64,000 nt of DNA from Bacilli bacterium (GTDB lineage: Bacteria; Bacillota_I; Bacilli_A; RFN20; CAG-826). Both the position numbers and the translations under genes were made by a program. The DNA lies in assembly GCA_045130875.1 (NCBI GenBank), contig JBGUQI010000022.1, forward strand, positions 215,795-279,794. The letters run 5' to 3'. The notes beneath the pieces were generated by a model. That model saw nothing but the letters and a program-made list of their open reading frames with translations. It did not search any database and was not told the DNA's origin. Each line of letters starts with the position of its first letter. The stretch's first letter is position 1. Positions 1 to 10,589 of this stretch are shown here, in pieces.

Positions 1-671
1 CTGACAGTAACTGGTTTTTCATCATAGGTATAAGCCACGATGATATCTTCAGTTCTATTTAAGAATTCTTCTTCATCATTAGAGATACAGAAGATGGCCA
101 TTAATTCAGAAGCAACGGTGATGACAAATTCTGATTTATGAGTGATGGAATGTTTGGAGTCAGCGCTGGTAACAGTGATATCTCTTAAGGATCTATCATT
201 CATATCTAATGCTCTTGTCCAGACGATTCTATCAGGATTGATATTTAATAAATTGCCTTGGAAGACACTATTTTCCACGATTGCGGAAATAAGATTAATG
301 GTAGAAGTTAAAGCGTGGAAGTCACCGGTAAAGTGAAGATTGATATCATCACTTGGAACGATTGTGGATTTTAAAGCACCAACCGCACCACCTTTAACAC
401 CGAAGACTGGACCTAAGGATGGTTCTCTTAACACCGCTAAGGAGTTAACACCAATTCTTCTTAAACCATCGTGTAAACCGATTGTGGTTGTGGTTTTACC
501 TTCACCTGCTTTTGTGGGGGTAATCGCAGTGACTAATACCAACTTAGCGTTCTTGTTATTCTTAACTTCTTCTTTAATCGCTAAATCGATTTTAGCTTTG
601 TCTCTTCCATAAGGGATGACATACTTGTCATCGATATTAAGTTTTTTTGCAATTTCGTAAATGTCTTTCAT
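1..671 (-). CDS. fhs: Formate--tetrahydrofolate ligase, N-terminal part; the gene runs off the window edge
   Basis: Minus-strand translation from the ATG at 669-671 gives MKDIYEIAKKLNIDDKYVIPYGRDKAKIDLAI...LVLVTAITPTKAGEGKTTTTIGL, the Fhs P-loop signature. An AAGAGG Shine-Dalgarno (SD) sequence lies upstream. No stop occurs before the window edge, so the gene is absent from the ORF track. The plus-strand ORFs at 142-336 and 340-612 are antisense artefacts. Confidence 0.75.
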   Translation of the reverse strand, partial: MKDIYEIAKKLNIDDKYVIPYGRDKAKIDLAIKEEVKNNKNAKLVLVTAITPTKAGEGKTTTTIGLHDGLRRIGVNSLAVLREPSLGPVFGVKGGAVGALKSTIVPSDDINLHFTGDFHALTSTINLISAIVENSVFQGNLLNINPDRIVWTRALDMNDRSLRDITVTSADSKHSITHKSEFVITVASELMAIFCISNDEEEFLNRTEDIIVAYTYDEKPVTV

Positions 672-675
672 ATAC

Positions 676-1566
676 TTACCTCTTATTATCTTTTACTAGC
701 GACTCGCTAGATTCATACATCTTTAATTCAAATTGATTCTTGAAGAACGTCACCTGTCTCTTCGCGTAATTACGGGTTCTCTTCTTAATAAGTTCAACAG
801 CATCCTCTAAAGATAATCTTCCTTCTAAATAGTCAATTATCTCTTTATAACCAATCGCCGCTCTCGCGGTCCTAGATAGGTCATAATTCTTCAAAAGAGA
901 TTCAACTTCTTTGATAAGACCTTGCTCAATCATTTGATCCACTCGAAGATTGATATTCTCATAAAGAACATCACGAGGAGGATTGATCATTAATATTTTA
1001 ATATTATCATAGATTAATTTGTGTTCTTGTGAAGCAATATTTTCACTTTTTGTCATTTTTCCACTGCGAGATATCATTAAAGCCCTAATAACTCTCTTCC
1101 GATTGTTCTTATGAATGCCTTCTGCAGCGATTGGATCAGCCTTTAATAACATGTCATATAAAGTGTCATTATCGAGTTCTTCTAAGTCAGAGACATCCAC
1201 TGGTTCTTCTTCCTCAAAGACATAATCATAGATGGACGCTCTAATATATAATCCAGTTCCACCGACGACAATGATGTTTTCACATTTCTTAGATAGTTCA
1301 TCAACAGTCTTGCGGAATAAAGATTGATATTCCATCACTGAGAAGTTCTCATTTGGTTCTTTGATATCTAACAAATAATGATTCTTATAATCTGGATCAT
1401 CTTTAGATATCTTTGCGGTACCGATATCCATATGTTTATAGATTTGGAAGGCATCTGCGTTCACAATGGGAGCATTATAAAAATGAGAAAGCGCAATCGC
1501 AGCGCTTGTCTTTCCACTACACGTAGGCCCGCACACAATATAAATCATGCGTATATCATAGCACAA
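676..1566 (-). CDS. miaA: tRNA dimethylallyltransferase (i6A37 synthase)
   Basis: The N-terminal P-loop IYIVCGPTCSGKTS and the DMAPP-transferase fold motifs (VVGGTGLYI) are present. The true start may be the internal Met (MIYIV...) at about 1548. Confidence 0.85.
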   Translation of the reverse strand: MCYDIRMIYIVCGPTCSGKTSAAIALSHFYNAPIVNADAFQIYKHMDIGTAKISKDDPDYKNHYLLDIKEPNENFSVMEYQSLFRKTVDELSKKCENIIVVGGTGLYIRASIYDYVFEEEEPVDVSDLEELDNDTLYDMLLKADPIAAEGIHKNNRKRVIRALMISRSGKMTKSENIASQEHKLIYDNIKILMINPPRDVLYENINLRVDQMIEQGLIKEVESLLKNYDLSRTARAAIGYKEIIDYLEGRLSLEDAVELIKKRTRNYAKRQVTFFKNQFELKMYESSESLVKDNKR

Positions 1567-1589
1567 AAAATGCGAAATTTAATTCGCAT

Positions 1590-1880
1590 TTATTGAATAA
1601 TATCTTTTATTTGTGTAAGAAGGTTCTCCACTTCCTCTTTCGCGGCTTCATAATTGACCACGAGAGGATGGGAATTATAGATATCTAGGAGATTATTTCT
1701 CTCTTCTTCTTTACCTAAGGATTTGAGTCTAGCAATCTCCGTTCTCATCCTTTTGAGTTCTTCATCGTTCTCATATAATTCTTTGAGACGATAGTATTCT
1801 CTAACTTCAGGAAGATTATCTATTTCTTCTCTTAATAATTTCACTTCTTCGATGAGCTTATCCATTGACGATTTCTCCAA
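1590..1880 (-). CDS. YmcA/RicF-like (UPF0342) regulatory protein
   Basis: A 96-aa helical, charged protein that sits between miaB (the ymcB homolog) and miaA. Size and context match B. subtilis ymcA. Confidence 0.5.
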   Translation of the reverse strand: MEKSSMDKLIEEVKLLREEIDNLPEVREYYRLKELYENDEELKRMRTEIARLKSLGKEEERNNLLDIYNSHPLVVNYEAAKEEVENLLTQIKDIIQ

Positions 1881-3312
1881 TCAAAGAATAAGTATGAGAT
1901 TCTAATATTTTCACTTTGATAATCGTGCCTACTAAAGAGATGTCTCCTTTAAAATGGACGAGTTTATTCTCTTCGGTATAGCCGGAGAGCATATTCTCAT
2001 CAGTTTTAGATACACCATCGACGAGAACATCGAAGGTCTTGCCCACCATAGAGAGTGAATGTTCTTCAATATGTTTCTCTAAGTGTTTAACTAATTCTTT
2101 AAATCTTCTACCTTTATCTTCTTTAGAGACATTGTCCACCATCTTCGCTGCGGGTGTGCCTTTTCTTGGAGAATAGATGAAGGTAAACGCAGCTTCATAT
2201 TTCACAATATCCACTAAGGAGCAGGTGTCTTGGAATTGTTCTTCTGTCTCATTGGGGAAGCCCACAATGATATCCGTGGATAAGGATAATCCAGGGATAT
2301 TCTCTCTCATCTCTTTAACGAGATTTAAGTATTGTTCACGGCTATATCTTCTACCCATCTTTCTTAAGATTTCATCGTTTCCGGATTGCACTGGAAGATG
2401 GATAAATTTCATAATATTATCGTATTTTGCAATGATTTTGATCATTTTTGAGGAGAAATCCCAAGGATGTGATGTGGTAAATCTCAATCTTGGAATGCCA
2501 AGTTTTGCGACAGCCTCTAATAAGTCAGCGAAGTCTTTTCCTTCATCTAAGTCTTTACCATAAGCGTTGACGTTTTGACCTAATAAAGTAATCTCTTGAT
2601 AACCAGCATCAATGAGTCTTTGACATTCATCTAAGACATCTTGGAAGTGTCTGCTTCTCTCTTTGCCTCTAGTATAAGGAACGATACAGTAGGTACAGAA
2701 TTTATTACATCCATAGATGATGTTCACAAAAGCTTTGTAATGATTATTACGACAATCAGGAACAAACTCCACGACATCACCTTGTTTACTTTCAATAGAT
2801 ACAATTCTTTCACCACTTGTATAGGTCTCATAGACTAAATCTAATAATTGACTAATCTCATGTGTGCCAAAGAATAGATTAACTTCTGGGAAGGTATCCA
2901 TTAATCTCTTTAAGATTTCTGGTTGCTCCACCATACAGCCACAGATGGCTAAGATAAGCTTTTTATTTTTCTTTCTTAATCTTTTAAGATTACCAATTTC
3001 ACCATAGACTTTATCTTCCGCATTTTCTCTGACCGCACAAGTGTTGATGATGATAACATCGACTTCTTCCACGTTATCGCTAGAAACATAACCAGCATCT
3101 TCTAGCATGGCTCTCATCGTCTCTTCATCTCTCACATTAGCTTGGCAGCCATAAGTTTTAATAAAGTACTTCTGACCTTGAGAAATCTTTCTTAAATCAT
3201 CAATGTGCTCTGATTTAGCAGTACAAAAACGAGTCACTTCTTTTTTACGAGAAGCGGCTTTTAATAAATCAGGGGTGTTGATAATCTTCGTTTTCATCTT
3301 ATTCTTCAACAT
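1858..3312 (-). CDS. miaB: tRNA-2-methylthio-N6-dimethylallyladenosine synthase (radical SAM methylthiotransferase)
   Basis: An MTTase N-domain (KYFIKTYGCQANVRDEE), the radical-SAM CxxxCxxC motif (CNKFCTYCIVPYTRG) and a C-terminal TRAM domain are present. The gene is adjacent to miaA and ricF. Confidence 0.85.
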   Translation of the reverse strand: MLKNKMKTKIINTPDLLKAASRKKEVTRFCTAKSEHIDDLRKISQGQKYFIKTYGCQANVRDEETMRAMLEDAGYVSSDNVEEVDVIIINTCAVRENAEDKVYGEIGNLKRLRKKNKKLILAICGCMVEQPEILKRLMDTFPEVNLFFGTHEISQLLDLVYETYTSGERIVSIESKQGDVVEFVPDCRNNHYKAFVNIIYGCNKFCTYCIVPYTRGKERSRHFQDVLDECQRLIDAGYQEITLLGQNVNAYGKDLDEGKDFADLLEAVAKLGIPRLRFTTSHPWDFSSKMIKIIAKYDNIMKFIHLPVQSGNDEILRKMGRRYSREQYLNLVKEMRENIPGLSLSTDIIVGFPNETEEQFQDTCSLVDIVKYEAAFTFIYSPRKGTPAAKMVDNVSKEDKGRRFKELVKHLEKHIEEHSLSMVGKTFDVLVDGVSKTDENMLSGYTEENKLVHFKGDISLVGTIIKVKILESHTYSLIGEIVNG

Positions 3313-4081
3313 AGTAGATGGAGAATATGTCTCTAGCTAATCCAGTTTGTTCATCAGCATCGATCACTACTGCGGAGAATAAACCTCTTCCTTCTGTTGG
3401 TGGTTCGAATCTGGACATCTCTCCATACATATTTTTCTTAATTACACTATTCTTTTCAAAACCAAGGACACCATCATTAAATCCAGTCATACCGACATCG
3501 CTGATGAAGGCAGTTCCTTTCTCTAATATTTTTGCGTCGTTAGTTTGAACGTGTGTATGTGTGCCTAATACCGCAGTTAATTTACCATCAAAGGCATAGG
3601 CATAGGATTGTTTTTCTCCTGTCGCTTCCCCATGATAATCGACGATATGGATATTAGAAGGTTCCGCACTTTCTAATAAGTCTAAAGTCGTTAAATAAGG
3701 GGAATTAACAGTTTCATTAATAAAGGCACTGCCCAAGATATTGGTAACCCTAATAGTCACACCATCAATATCAAATAAGGCCGTGCCTTCACCTTGATAA
3801 TCTTGCAATAAATTTAACGGTCTAACTAATCGATCCACTCTATCAATATAACGGGTGATTTCATTCTTGGAGTTATAGTGATTACCTAAGGTAATAACAT
3901 CCACACCAGCATCGATCAATTCATCATAATGATGCTTAATTAAACCTTTACCATGCGTGGCATTCTCTCCGTTAGCGATGACGAAATCAATCTCGTATTT
4001 ATTGATAAAGTAAGGGAGTTTTTCCTTTATCATCCGTCTACCGACGGCACCGACAATATCACCGATAAATAATATTTTCAA
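3299..4081 (-). CDS. ymdB: YmdB-family metallophosphoesterase (2',3'-cyclic nucleotide phosphodiesterase)
   Basis: The calcineurin-like motifs MKILFIGDIVG, GNH and GTHTHV are present. The gene lies immediately downstream of rny, as in B. subtilis. Confidence 0.8.
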   Translation of the reverse strand: MKILFIGDIVGAVGRRMIKEKLPYFINKYEIDFVIANGENATHGKGLIKHHYDELIDAGVDVITLGNHYNSKNEITRYIDRVDRLVRPLNLLQDYQGEGTALFDIDGVTIRVTNILGSAFINETVNSPYLTTLDLLESAEPSNIHIVDYHGEATGEKQSYAYAFDGKLTAVLGTHTHVQTNDAKILEKGTAFISDVGMTGFNDGVLGFEKNSVIKKNMYGEMSRFEPPTEGRGLFSAVVIDADEQTGLARDIFSIYYVEE

Positions 4082-4096
4082 AATCTAATAATCTTT

Positions 4097-5668
4097 CTAT
4101 TTGGCTGTTTCAACCGCGCGCATTTCACGGATGACAGACACTTTAATTTGACCTGGATAGGTCATTTCGTTTTCAATTCTCTCTCTGATTTCACGAGCAA
4201 TCTTATACGCTCCGATATCATCAATCTTCTCGTAATCCACGATGACTCTTAATTCACGACCAGATTGTAAGGCATAGGATTGGGAGACACCTTCGTAGGA
4301 TTTACAAATCTCTTCAAGTTGTTCAATTCTCTTGATGTAGTTCTCAAGCATTTCACTTCTAGCACCAGGTCTCGCAGCAGATAAAGTATCCGCGGCTTGG
4401 ACTAAGATAGCGATGATGTATTTTTGAGGACAATCGCCATGGTGAGATTCAATCGCATTAATAACGACATCTGGTTCACCATATTTCTTTGCTAAACGGC
4501 TACCTAATTCGACGTGGCTACCATCGACTTCGAAGTCAACGGCTTTACCGATATCGTGTAATAAGCCCGCTCTCTTAGCTAAGTTTTGGTCCAAACCAAG
4601 TTCTGCGGCCATCATACCAGTTAAGTATGCGACTTCGATACTGTGGTCTAAAGCATTTTGGCCATAAGAAGTACGGTATTTGAGTCTACCAACATAATCT
4701 AATAATTCTTTATTAATTCTAGGTAAACCAAGTTTAAAGGCCACTTCTTGACCAGTTTTATGGATGGTTTCATCCACTTCTCTTTTACATTTCTCAACGA
4801 TTTCTTCGATACGTCCAGGTTGGATACGGCCATCTTTGATTAAGGCCTCTAAAGACATACGAGCAATCTCTCTTCTAATAGGATTGAAGCAGCTTACGGT
4901 GATAACTTCAGGAGTATCATCGATAATTAAATCAACACCTAATAATTGTTCTAAGGTACGAATGTTACGACCTTCACGACCGATGATTCTACCTTTCATT
5001 TCATCTGATGGTAAGGCAACGACTGAAACAGTTCTTTCAGTAGTCACATCTTGAGCGTATTTCGCACAAGCCATAGATAATAATTCTTTGGCTTTTTCAT
5101 CAGCGGTTTCTTTCGCTTCATCTTCTTTGTTCTTGATGTAAGCAGCGATTTCTTTGGAAATCTTGGACTCCACTCTCGCCATTAATTCATCTTTCGCTTC
5201 TTGAGTGGACATTTGGCTAACTTTTTCTAACTCGGAGATAATGCTATCGATTTTAGTCTGCAAATCTGCTTCCTTTTTATCGACATCTTTGAGTCTTCTA
5301 GTTAAGGTTTCGTTCTTTTGTTCAAGAGCGGTTTCCTTTTGAATCAAAGCGGCATCACGACGGTCAATGCTCTGCTCTCTTTGAGATAATTTATTCTCTT
5401 GATTCGCAATTTCTTGTTTTCTTTCGTGAATCTCTTTGTTGGCTTCTTGTTTCATTTCATACACAGCTTGTTTGCCATCTAACTGTGCGTTCTTGGCAAT
5501 GTGTTCGGCTTTGATTTCCGCGTCACGAATTATTTTTTGAGCATTTTTGTTCGCTCTTTGTTTCTTAAAAACAGGAACGAAAAAGATGATGGCAGCGCCA
5601 ATTAAAAGACCGGCAACGCCACAAACAATTGGTAACACTATAGTCAAAGCATCTACTAATACTATCAT
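4097..5668 (-). CDS. rny: Ribonuclease Y
   Basis: The protein has an N-terminal TM helix, a long coiled coil, a KH domain ([12 protein letters not shown]) and an HD domain (LLHDIGK...HH). Confidence 0.9.
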   Translation of the reverse strand: MIVLVDALTIVLPIVCGVAGLLIGAAIIFFVPVFKKQRANKNAQKIIRDAEIKAEHIAKNAQLDGKQAVYEMKQEANKEIHERKQEIANQENKLSQREQSIDRRDAALIQKETALEQKNETLTRRLKDVDKKEADLQTKIDSIISELEKVSQMSTQEAKDELMARVESKISKEIAAYIKNKEDEAKETADEKAKELLSMACAKYAQDVTTERTVSVVALPSDEMKGRIIGREGRNIRTLEQLLGVDLIIDDTPEVITVSCFNPIRREIARMSLEALIKDGRIQPGRIEEIVEKCKREVDETIHKTGQEVAFKLGLPRINKELLDYVGRLKYRTSYGQNALDHSIEVAYLTGMMAAELGLDQNLAKRAGLLHDIGKAVDFEVDGSHVELGSRLAKKYGEPDVVINAIESHHGDCPQKYIIAILVQAADTLSAARPGARSEMLENYIKRIEQLEEICKSYEGVSQSYALQSGRELRVIVDYEKIDDIGAYKIAREIRERIENEMTYPGQIKVSVIREMRAVETAK

Positions 5669-5892
5669 ATAGTATTCCTTTCTATAGTCTTCTCGACCAA
5701 AATATAGTTACAAGGAATTATAACTAAATTACCTAAAAATCCTAGTTATCCCGTAGGAGAGATATAAGGATTTAGATTATATATTTACAGGCAAGCCTGA
5801 TAATAAAGTTCTCGATAAGAGAATATATAGGTAAGTACCTTTCGACGGGTACGCAAATATTATATATGTAGGCACGCCCATATATCAATATT

Positions 5893-5921
5893 TAAAAAGA
5901 ACCCGGGACACCCGAGTTCTA
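5893..5921 (-). terminator. Rho-independent terminator downstream of the 984-aa gene
   Basis: The minus-strand hairpin GAACUCGGGUGUCCCGGGUUC is followed by a U-run. Confidence 0.6.
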
Positions 5922-5925
5922 TATA

Positions 5926-8880
5926 TTAATGAAGGATTGTATTGATCGTATCATTATAATGAATGGCCACATAGTCATCCATAAATGACACTTCTTGTCC
6001 GGTGATAGAAACACTGCTATCAGAGAGTAATGACATATCCATATGGAGATGTAATGTAATCAAGACATTGATACCCAAATCGATGACTGCACGATTGAGT
6101 TTTTCACCATTATGATAGACATCTAATGATAAGGTTTCTAAGGAATCACTCTTGGCGAGTTCACCGACATTAATAGCGAAATGGAAATCCTTATTAGAAG
6201 CATCATAACTATATGCTTTTACAATGTTTTCATATTGGATTTGGCCTTCACCCATGCTCATTCCACCAATTCTATCGAGGATGGAACTACTTAATCCGAG
6301 GACATGACCACATAAGATATCAAGGACATTATCCATGAAGTAATCTTCAGTGCATCTTAGATAGAGATTATTATTGATTTCACTTTCCACAACGATGCCG
6401 AGAATCTTCTTTTCCGGACGATAATCGTGACGGTTGATATAGAACACCTTATCCACGTTATCGTACATCAAGTAAGCTTCACGAGTTAAACTGAGGGAAT
6501 AATCCGCACTGAATAATAAGTTCACAGGAATATCAGTGAGATGGGCTAACACTTTGACATGTCCACCATTATTGACGATCTTGATATCGCCTTGCATGGT
6601 AATCGCATCGAATAAGTCAGAGACATTGAGAGTGATTGGACCACTGAAATGATAGTAGTTAAATTCAGAAGTATTTAATCCTAATCTTAGGAATAAAGAT
6701 AAGGTAGTTAAATCGATAAAACTACTGTTATCTTGAAGTCTATGTTGGTTATAGAAATCTTCATCAAAATTATGGAGGTCAAAGGACATATTAAGTGTCT
6801 TTCCTCCAAGATTTAGACCATAGATATCCGCACCTTCAATAGAGGTTTCATTGTATCTAATTACTAAAGTAAAGTTCACATCTTCCATGCCGATAATAGC
6901 ACCATTTAAATCGAGTGTAACTTTAGTAGGAGTAACATCTAAGGAAGTGATGAAGTCTGCATCTAATAAGACACCGTATTGCCCTTCTAAAATCATCGCT
7001 AATGGAGTGGCTTCCGCTTCTTCCATAAGGCCACCCAACAATTCCATCATATGGTCATCTTTGCTGGCTAATAATTCACTAACCATTCCAAAGATAGAAT
7101 CTAATGTTTCATTATCGAATTTAGCGTTGGTCTTATTTCCAGAAGTTCCACTATAAGAGAGGAGAACTCTACCTTGGCCTTGAGCATCAGCAATAATCTT
7201 ATGAGGATAGTTATCACCATCAGTGATGTTTAAGACGCCAGCACCGTAATCGAAGTTCTTGTGTAAGCCACCTTTGCTCTCATCATATTTAAGAGCAAAC
7301 TCAAATTGACCATTTAAGGTAACATCTCTGGTGTTTTCATCACCATCATCGATTTGGATATTGAAGTTAGCACCAAATCTATCTTGATGGATGAGTTCAT
7401 CCACGGTGTCCACTAATGATAAAGCGGGGTCTAATGCCACATAATCATTTTGGTTAATATAGGTGTATTCATATTCGTTTAAGTTAATCGAAGCATTAAT
7501 GAGGTATTCATCATATCTCACATCACTAACTTCAAGGGAATTAATAGAGTCTTCATCGAAGGTCACTTTTAGTCCAAATGGATCAACAGGTAAGTCGAAA
7601 TAACAAGGATTGAAAGTTAATGATAAATAGTTGCTTGATAAGTCAAAATCACTAATAAATTCCGGCAAATCATTGAGATATGGAAGGATTTTGTTTAAAT
7701 CTATCTCACCAGAAACATCGGAAAGAGTGTCTAAAACATCATCAAATGATCCACTATTAGTCTTGTCCATAATCTTAGAGACAAGAGTGAAGACATTACC
7801 TAATTTCATAGAGACTTTTAAGTTCTTCACACCGAGGAATAAAACACCTTCATCTAAGGCGGCATTGATATGGTGAGAACGATTATTCTCTTCGATGATT
7901 AAATCGGTATATAGGTTCAAAGTGGATAAATCGAAATCGAGTTCACCATTAACATCAACAAAGTCAGTAACTTCTTCACTAACTTTATCGATATCTAATG
8001 ACACTTCCATATTCGCGGATTTAGCATCCACTAAGTCGATAACATGATTAATTAAACTAAAGGCAGGTTTGAATTCACGATATAAACTAGCATTCTCTCC
8101 TTCCATAGGATTCACTAAGTTTGCTGTTTCCTCCTTCAAGCAATGTAAATCACTAGTCGCGGAGATGTTCATACCCATTAATTCGGTTTCAGGTAATTCC
8201 ACACCCACCATTTCATACTTATCGTTAGTTAGGAACTTAATGGTGATGTCTTCAGAGAAAGCAAAGCTGAAATAATGTTCATCTTCAGTTTTGACTTCTT
8301 TCATCTTGGTTAAGGATTTCAATAAAGCATTAATATCTAAATCTGTGAATTCTGATGGAACAGCAAAATCAACACCAAAGGTGGGAAGCATATCCATGAC
8401 ATCACTAATATCATCAGTCTTTAAATAGAAATGAGTATCAAAGCAATCTAAATAAATGGTGTTGTCAAAGAAACCAACGGATAAGTCTAAATCTAAGGCT
8501 CCAGTTTTAACATTGATGTCACCCGCTAATTTGATGTTTTCTAAATCAGCGATAGAAACTTCTAAATCGGTGATTGATAAATCAATATTATCTAAAGATA
8601 AATCTCTTCTAATAGGAGCTTCATCAGCATAACTGATTGGTTTAATAGAAACATCAATATTGCCTTCTAATGTTTTAGCACTTGTTAAGTTAGCTAAAAA
8701 CTTTGCGGAATGAGTTAACTCTTTGAGTTCCGTATTCTCTTGTGCAGCAGCGGGAACATCGGGTTCTTTAGTCTCTTTCTTTTTATAGCAAGAGAGGAAA
8801 CCCGCTCCTAAGCCTAAGGCGAATACCGCTGTAAAAATGCCTGTCTGTAACAGTATTGTTTTCCAAACTTTCATATTCAA
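5926..8880 (-). CDS. Large hypothetical membrane-anchored/secreted protein (984 aa)
   Basis: It has an N-terminal TM/signal anchor and is rich in D/N/S/L, with no recognisable catalytic motifs. It is inserted between recA and rny, where B. subtilis has pbpX. Confidence 0.55.
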   Translation of the reverse strand: MNMKVWKTILLQTGIFTAVFALGLGAGFLSCYKKKETKEPDVPAAAQENTELKELTHSAKFLANLTSAKTLEGNIDVSIKPISYADEAPIRRDLSLDNIDLSITDLEVSIADLENIKLAGDINVKTGALDLDLSVGFFDNTIYLDCFDTHFYLKTDDISDVMDMLPTFGVDFAVPSEFTDLDINALLKSLTKMKEVKTEDEHYFSFAFSEDITIKFLTNDKYEMVGVELPETELMGMNISATSDLHCLKEETANLVNPMEGENASLYREFKPAFSLINHVIDLVDAKSANMEVSLDIDKVSEEVTDFVDVNGELDFDLSTLNLYTDLIIEENNRSHHINAALDEGVLFLGVKNLKVSMKLGNVFTLVSKIMDKTNSGSFDDVLDTLSDVSGEIDLNKILPYLNDLPEFISDFDLSSNYLSLTFNPCYFDLPVDPFGLKVTFDEDSINSLEVSDVRYDEYLINASINLNEYEYTYINQNDYVALDPALSLVDTVDELIHQDRFGANFNIQIDDGDENTRDVTLNGQFEFALKYDESKGGLHKNFDYGAGVLNITDGDNYPHKIIADAQGQGRVLLSYSGTSGNKTNAKFDNETLDSIFGMVSELLASKDDHMMELLGGLMEEAEATPLAMILEGQYGVLLDADFITSLDVTPTKVTLDLNGAIIGMEDVNFTLVIRYNETSIEGADIYGLNLGGKTLNMSFDLHNFDEDFYNQHRLQDNSSFIDLTTLSLFLRLGLNTSEFNYYHFSGPITLNVSDLFDAITMQGDIKIVNNGGHVKVLAHLTDIPVNLLFSADYSLSLTREAYLMYDNVDKVFYINRHDYRPEKKILGIVVESEINNNLYLRCTEDYFMDNVLDILCGHVLGLSSSILDRIGGMSMGEGQIQYENIVKAYSYDASNKDFHFAINVGELAKSDSLETLSLDVYHNGEKLNRAVIDLGINVLITLHLHMDMSLLSDSSVSITGQEVSFMDDYVAIHYNDTINTILH

Positions 8881-8886
8881 TAATCC

Positions 8887-9795
8887 TTAATAGTCAAAAT
8901 TAGTGTTGATATCGGGAATTCCACCATCGTAATTGTGGATGAATTCCTCAGTGAGAGAGCCAGTACTTCTATTCATCATACCGGCAGCGTAAACATCGTA
9001 TTCTTCATTGGTAACCATTTCTTTGAGGTTGAGTTCTTTATCCATGGTGAATTTCAAGCTCACCTTGTAGAAGGTTGGATAATCTTCTAAGTCAGAAATG
9101 GATTTCATCTGTTTAACATAACGAGAAACAGAATATTCTTTGTGGAGATCCATGTTAACGATGTACTCATCTTCAGTCTCATCAATTGTGGAGTTGAGAA
9201 CTGTATGAGAAGAGATGATGTAAATGCATGGTCTCTTTAATGTTTTGCCCCAATTGGTTTCATGTTCTTGGAGGGTGACATTCTTTTTAAGATATTCAGG
9301 CCAAGTGGCGGTACCTTTATCGGTTACTTTCTTGCCCGTATATTCATCAATTGATTGATCGCCATGTTGATAGAAACGAACACCACACTTAACAAGAGAG
9401 GAATAAGATAATGATTCAGTATAGAATTCATCACCATCACGGACATCCTCAGCGAAAATATGTTGTTTAACAATCGACGCCTTGACTAAACCATGAGAAA
9501 TAGTCTGAGCATGTTCTTCACGAGCAAATTTCTCAAGACCGATGTTAACTAACTCATATGGTTTATAGAGCGAATGGTCATTATTGCCTTCCATATAGGC
9601 CTCATAAAGACCAGTTGTATCGTCTTCATAGTTAAGGGCATCATCAATATCAACGTAGGACACCTGTCCACGGCTGTAATAACTCTTACCGAATATGATA
9701 CCGAGTGCTAATCCTAACGATATAGCACTAACACACACTATTGAGGTGATAACAATTGTCGATGCTTTGACTTTCTTTTTCATAGCGCTAAACAA
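8887..9795 (-). CDS. Hypothetical membrane-anchored protein (302 aa)
   Basis: It has an N-terminal TM helix, sits 6 nt upstream of the 984-aa gene, and is probably co-transcribed with it. Confidence 0.5.
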   Translation of the reverse strand: MFSAMKKKVKASTIVITSIVCVSAISLGLALGIIFGKSYYSRGQVSYVDIDDALNYEDDTTGLYEAYMEGNNDHSLYKPYELVNIGLEKFAREEHAQTISHGLVKASIVKQHIFAEDVRDGDEFYTESLSYSSLVKCGVRFYQHGDQSIDEYTGKKVTDKGTATWPEYLKKNVTLQEHETNWGKTLKRPCIYIISSHTVLNSTIDETEDEYIVNMDLHKEYSVSRYVKQMKSISDLEDYPTFYKVSLKFTMDKELNLKEMVTNEEYDVYAAGMMNRSTGSLTEEFIHNYDGGIPDINTNFDY

Positions 9796-9927
9796 TATAC
9801 ACGCATAGGTAAAAATGTGCGCCTATTCGTAAGAAATAAAAAAGAGAGTCAATTCTCCAACTCTCCAAAAAAGAGAATTTATACTTTTTTTGTGCAGTTT
9901 TACTGCTAAAATATAGATATTGACGAT

Positions 9928-10560
9928 ATGGAAGATCTAAAAATCATTGTTGGCAAAAATCTTGCCGCCTTAAGAAAAAAGAGCAAGTTAACACAGATTG
10001 AACTAGCGGATAAGTTCCACTATTCCGACAAAGCTGTCTCTAAATGGGAGCAGGGTTCTACCCTCCCAGACTTAGAAACATTGAAACAACTCTGTGATTT
10101 TTATGGTGTCTCGTTAGACTATCTAACAAGAGAAGAAAATATCAATGATCCTCATGTTGAAACATCGGAAACCAGGATATCTTTTATCAACCATATCATT
10201 ACCAGCTGTTTATTAGGCATGGTCATCTGGATGGTGGCCACTATCATCTTTGTCTATCCTCTCGTTGTTAAACAACAAGAAACATATTATTGGAATATCT
10301 TTGTCTTGGCAGTTCCCGCGACATGCTTAGTGATATTCTTCATGAACCTTATTTACTTTAAGGCTAATAAGTTATTAACATTTATCGCTTTAACTACTTT
10401 TGTCTGGTCACTTTTAAGTGGAGTGTTCTTGCACTTTTTCTTCTTTGCGGAGAACTTCTTAAATCTCTGGCCAGTATTCCTTATAGGAGCACCAATGCAA
10501 GGCATACTCCTATTATGGTATGTGAGATTACCCACAAAAAAAGTAGCGAAACGTAAATAA
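9928..10560 (+). CDS. XRE-family helix-turn-helix (HTH) transcriptional regulator with a C-terminal multi-TM domain
   Basis: The N-terminal HTH_3 signature (LTQIELADKFHYSDKAVSKWEQG) is followed by 4-5 predicted TM helices. Confidence 0.7.
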   Translation: MEDLKIIVGKNLAALRKKSKLTQIELADKFHYSDKAVSKWEQGSTLPDLETLKQLCDFYGVSLDYLTREENINDPHVETSETRISFINHIITSCLLGMVIWMVATIIFVYPLVVKQQETYYWNIFVLAVPATCLVIFFMNLIYFKANKLLTFIALTTFVWSLLSGVFLHFFFFAENFLNLWPVFLIGAPMQGILLLWYVRLPTKKVAKRK

Positions 10561-10589
10561 CGCTACTTTTTCTTTAAAAAAGAAAGGAA

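Noticed and set aside
142..612. Plus-strand ORFs 142..336 and 340..612
   Set aside because: They lie antisense to a well-conserved formate-tetrahydrofolate ligase reading frame on the minus strand (GEGKTTTTIGL P-loop). They have no SD, and their low-complexity translations indicate artefacts.
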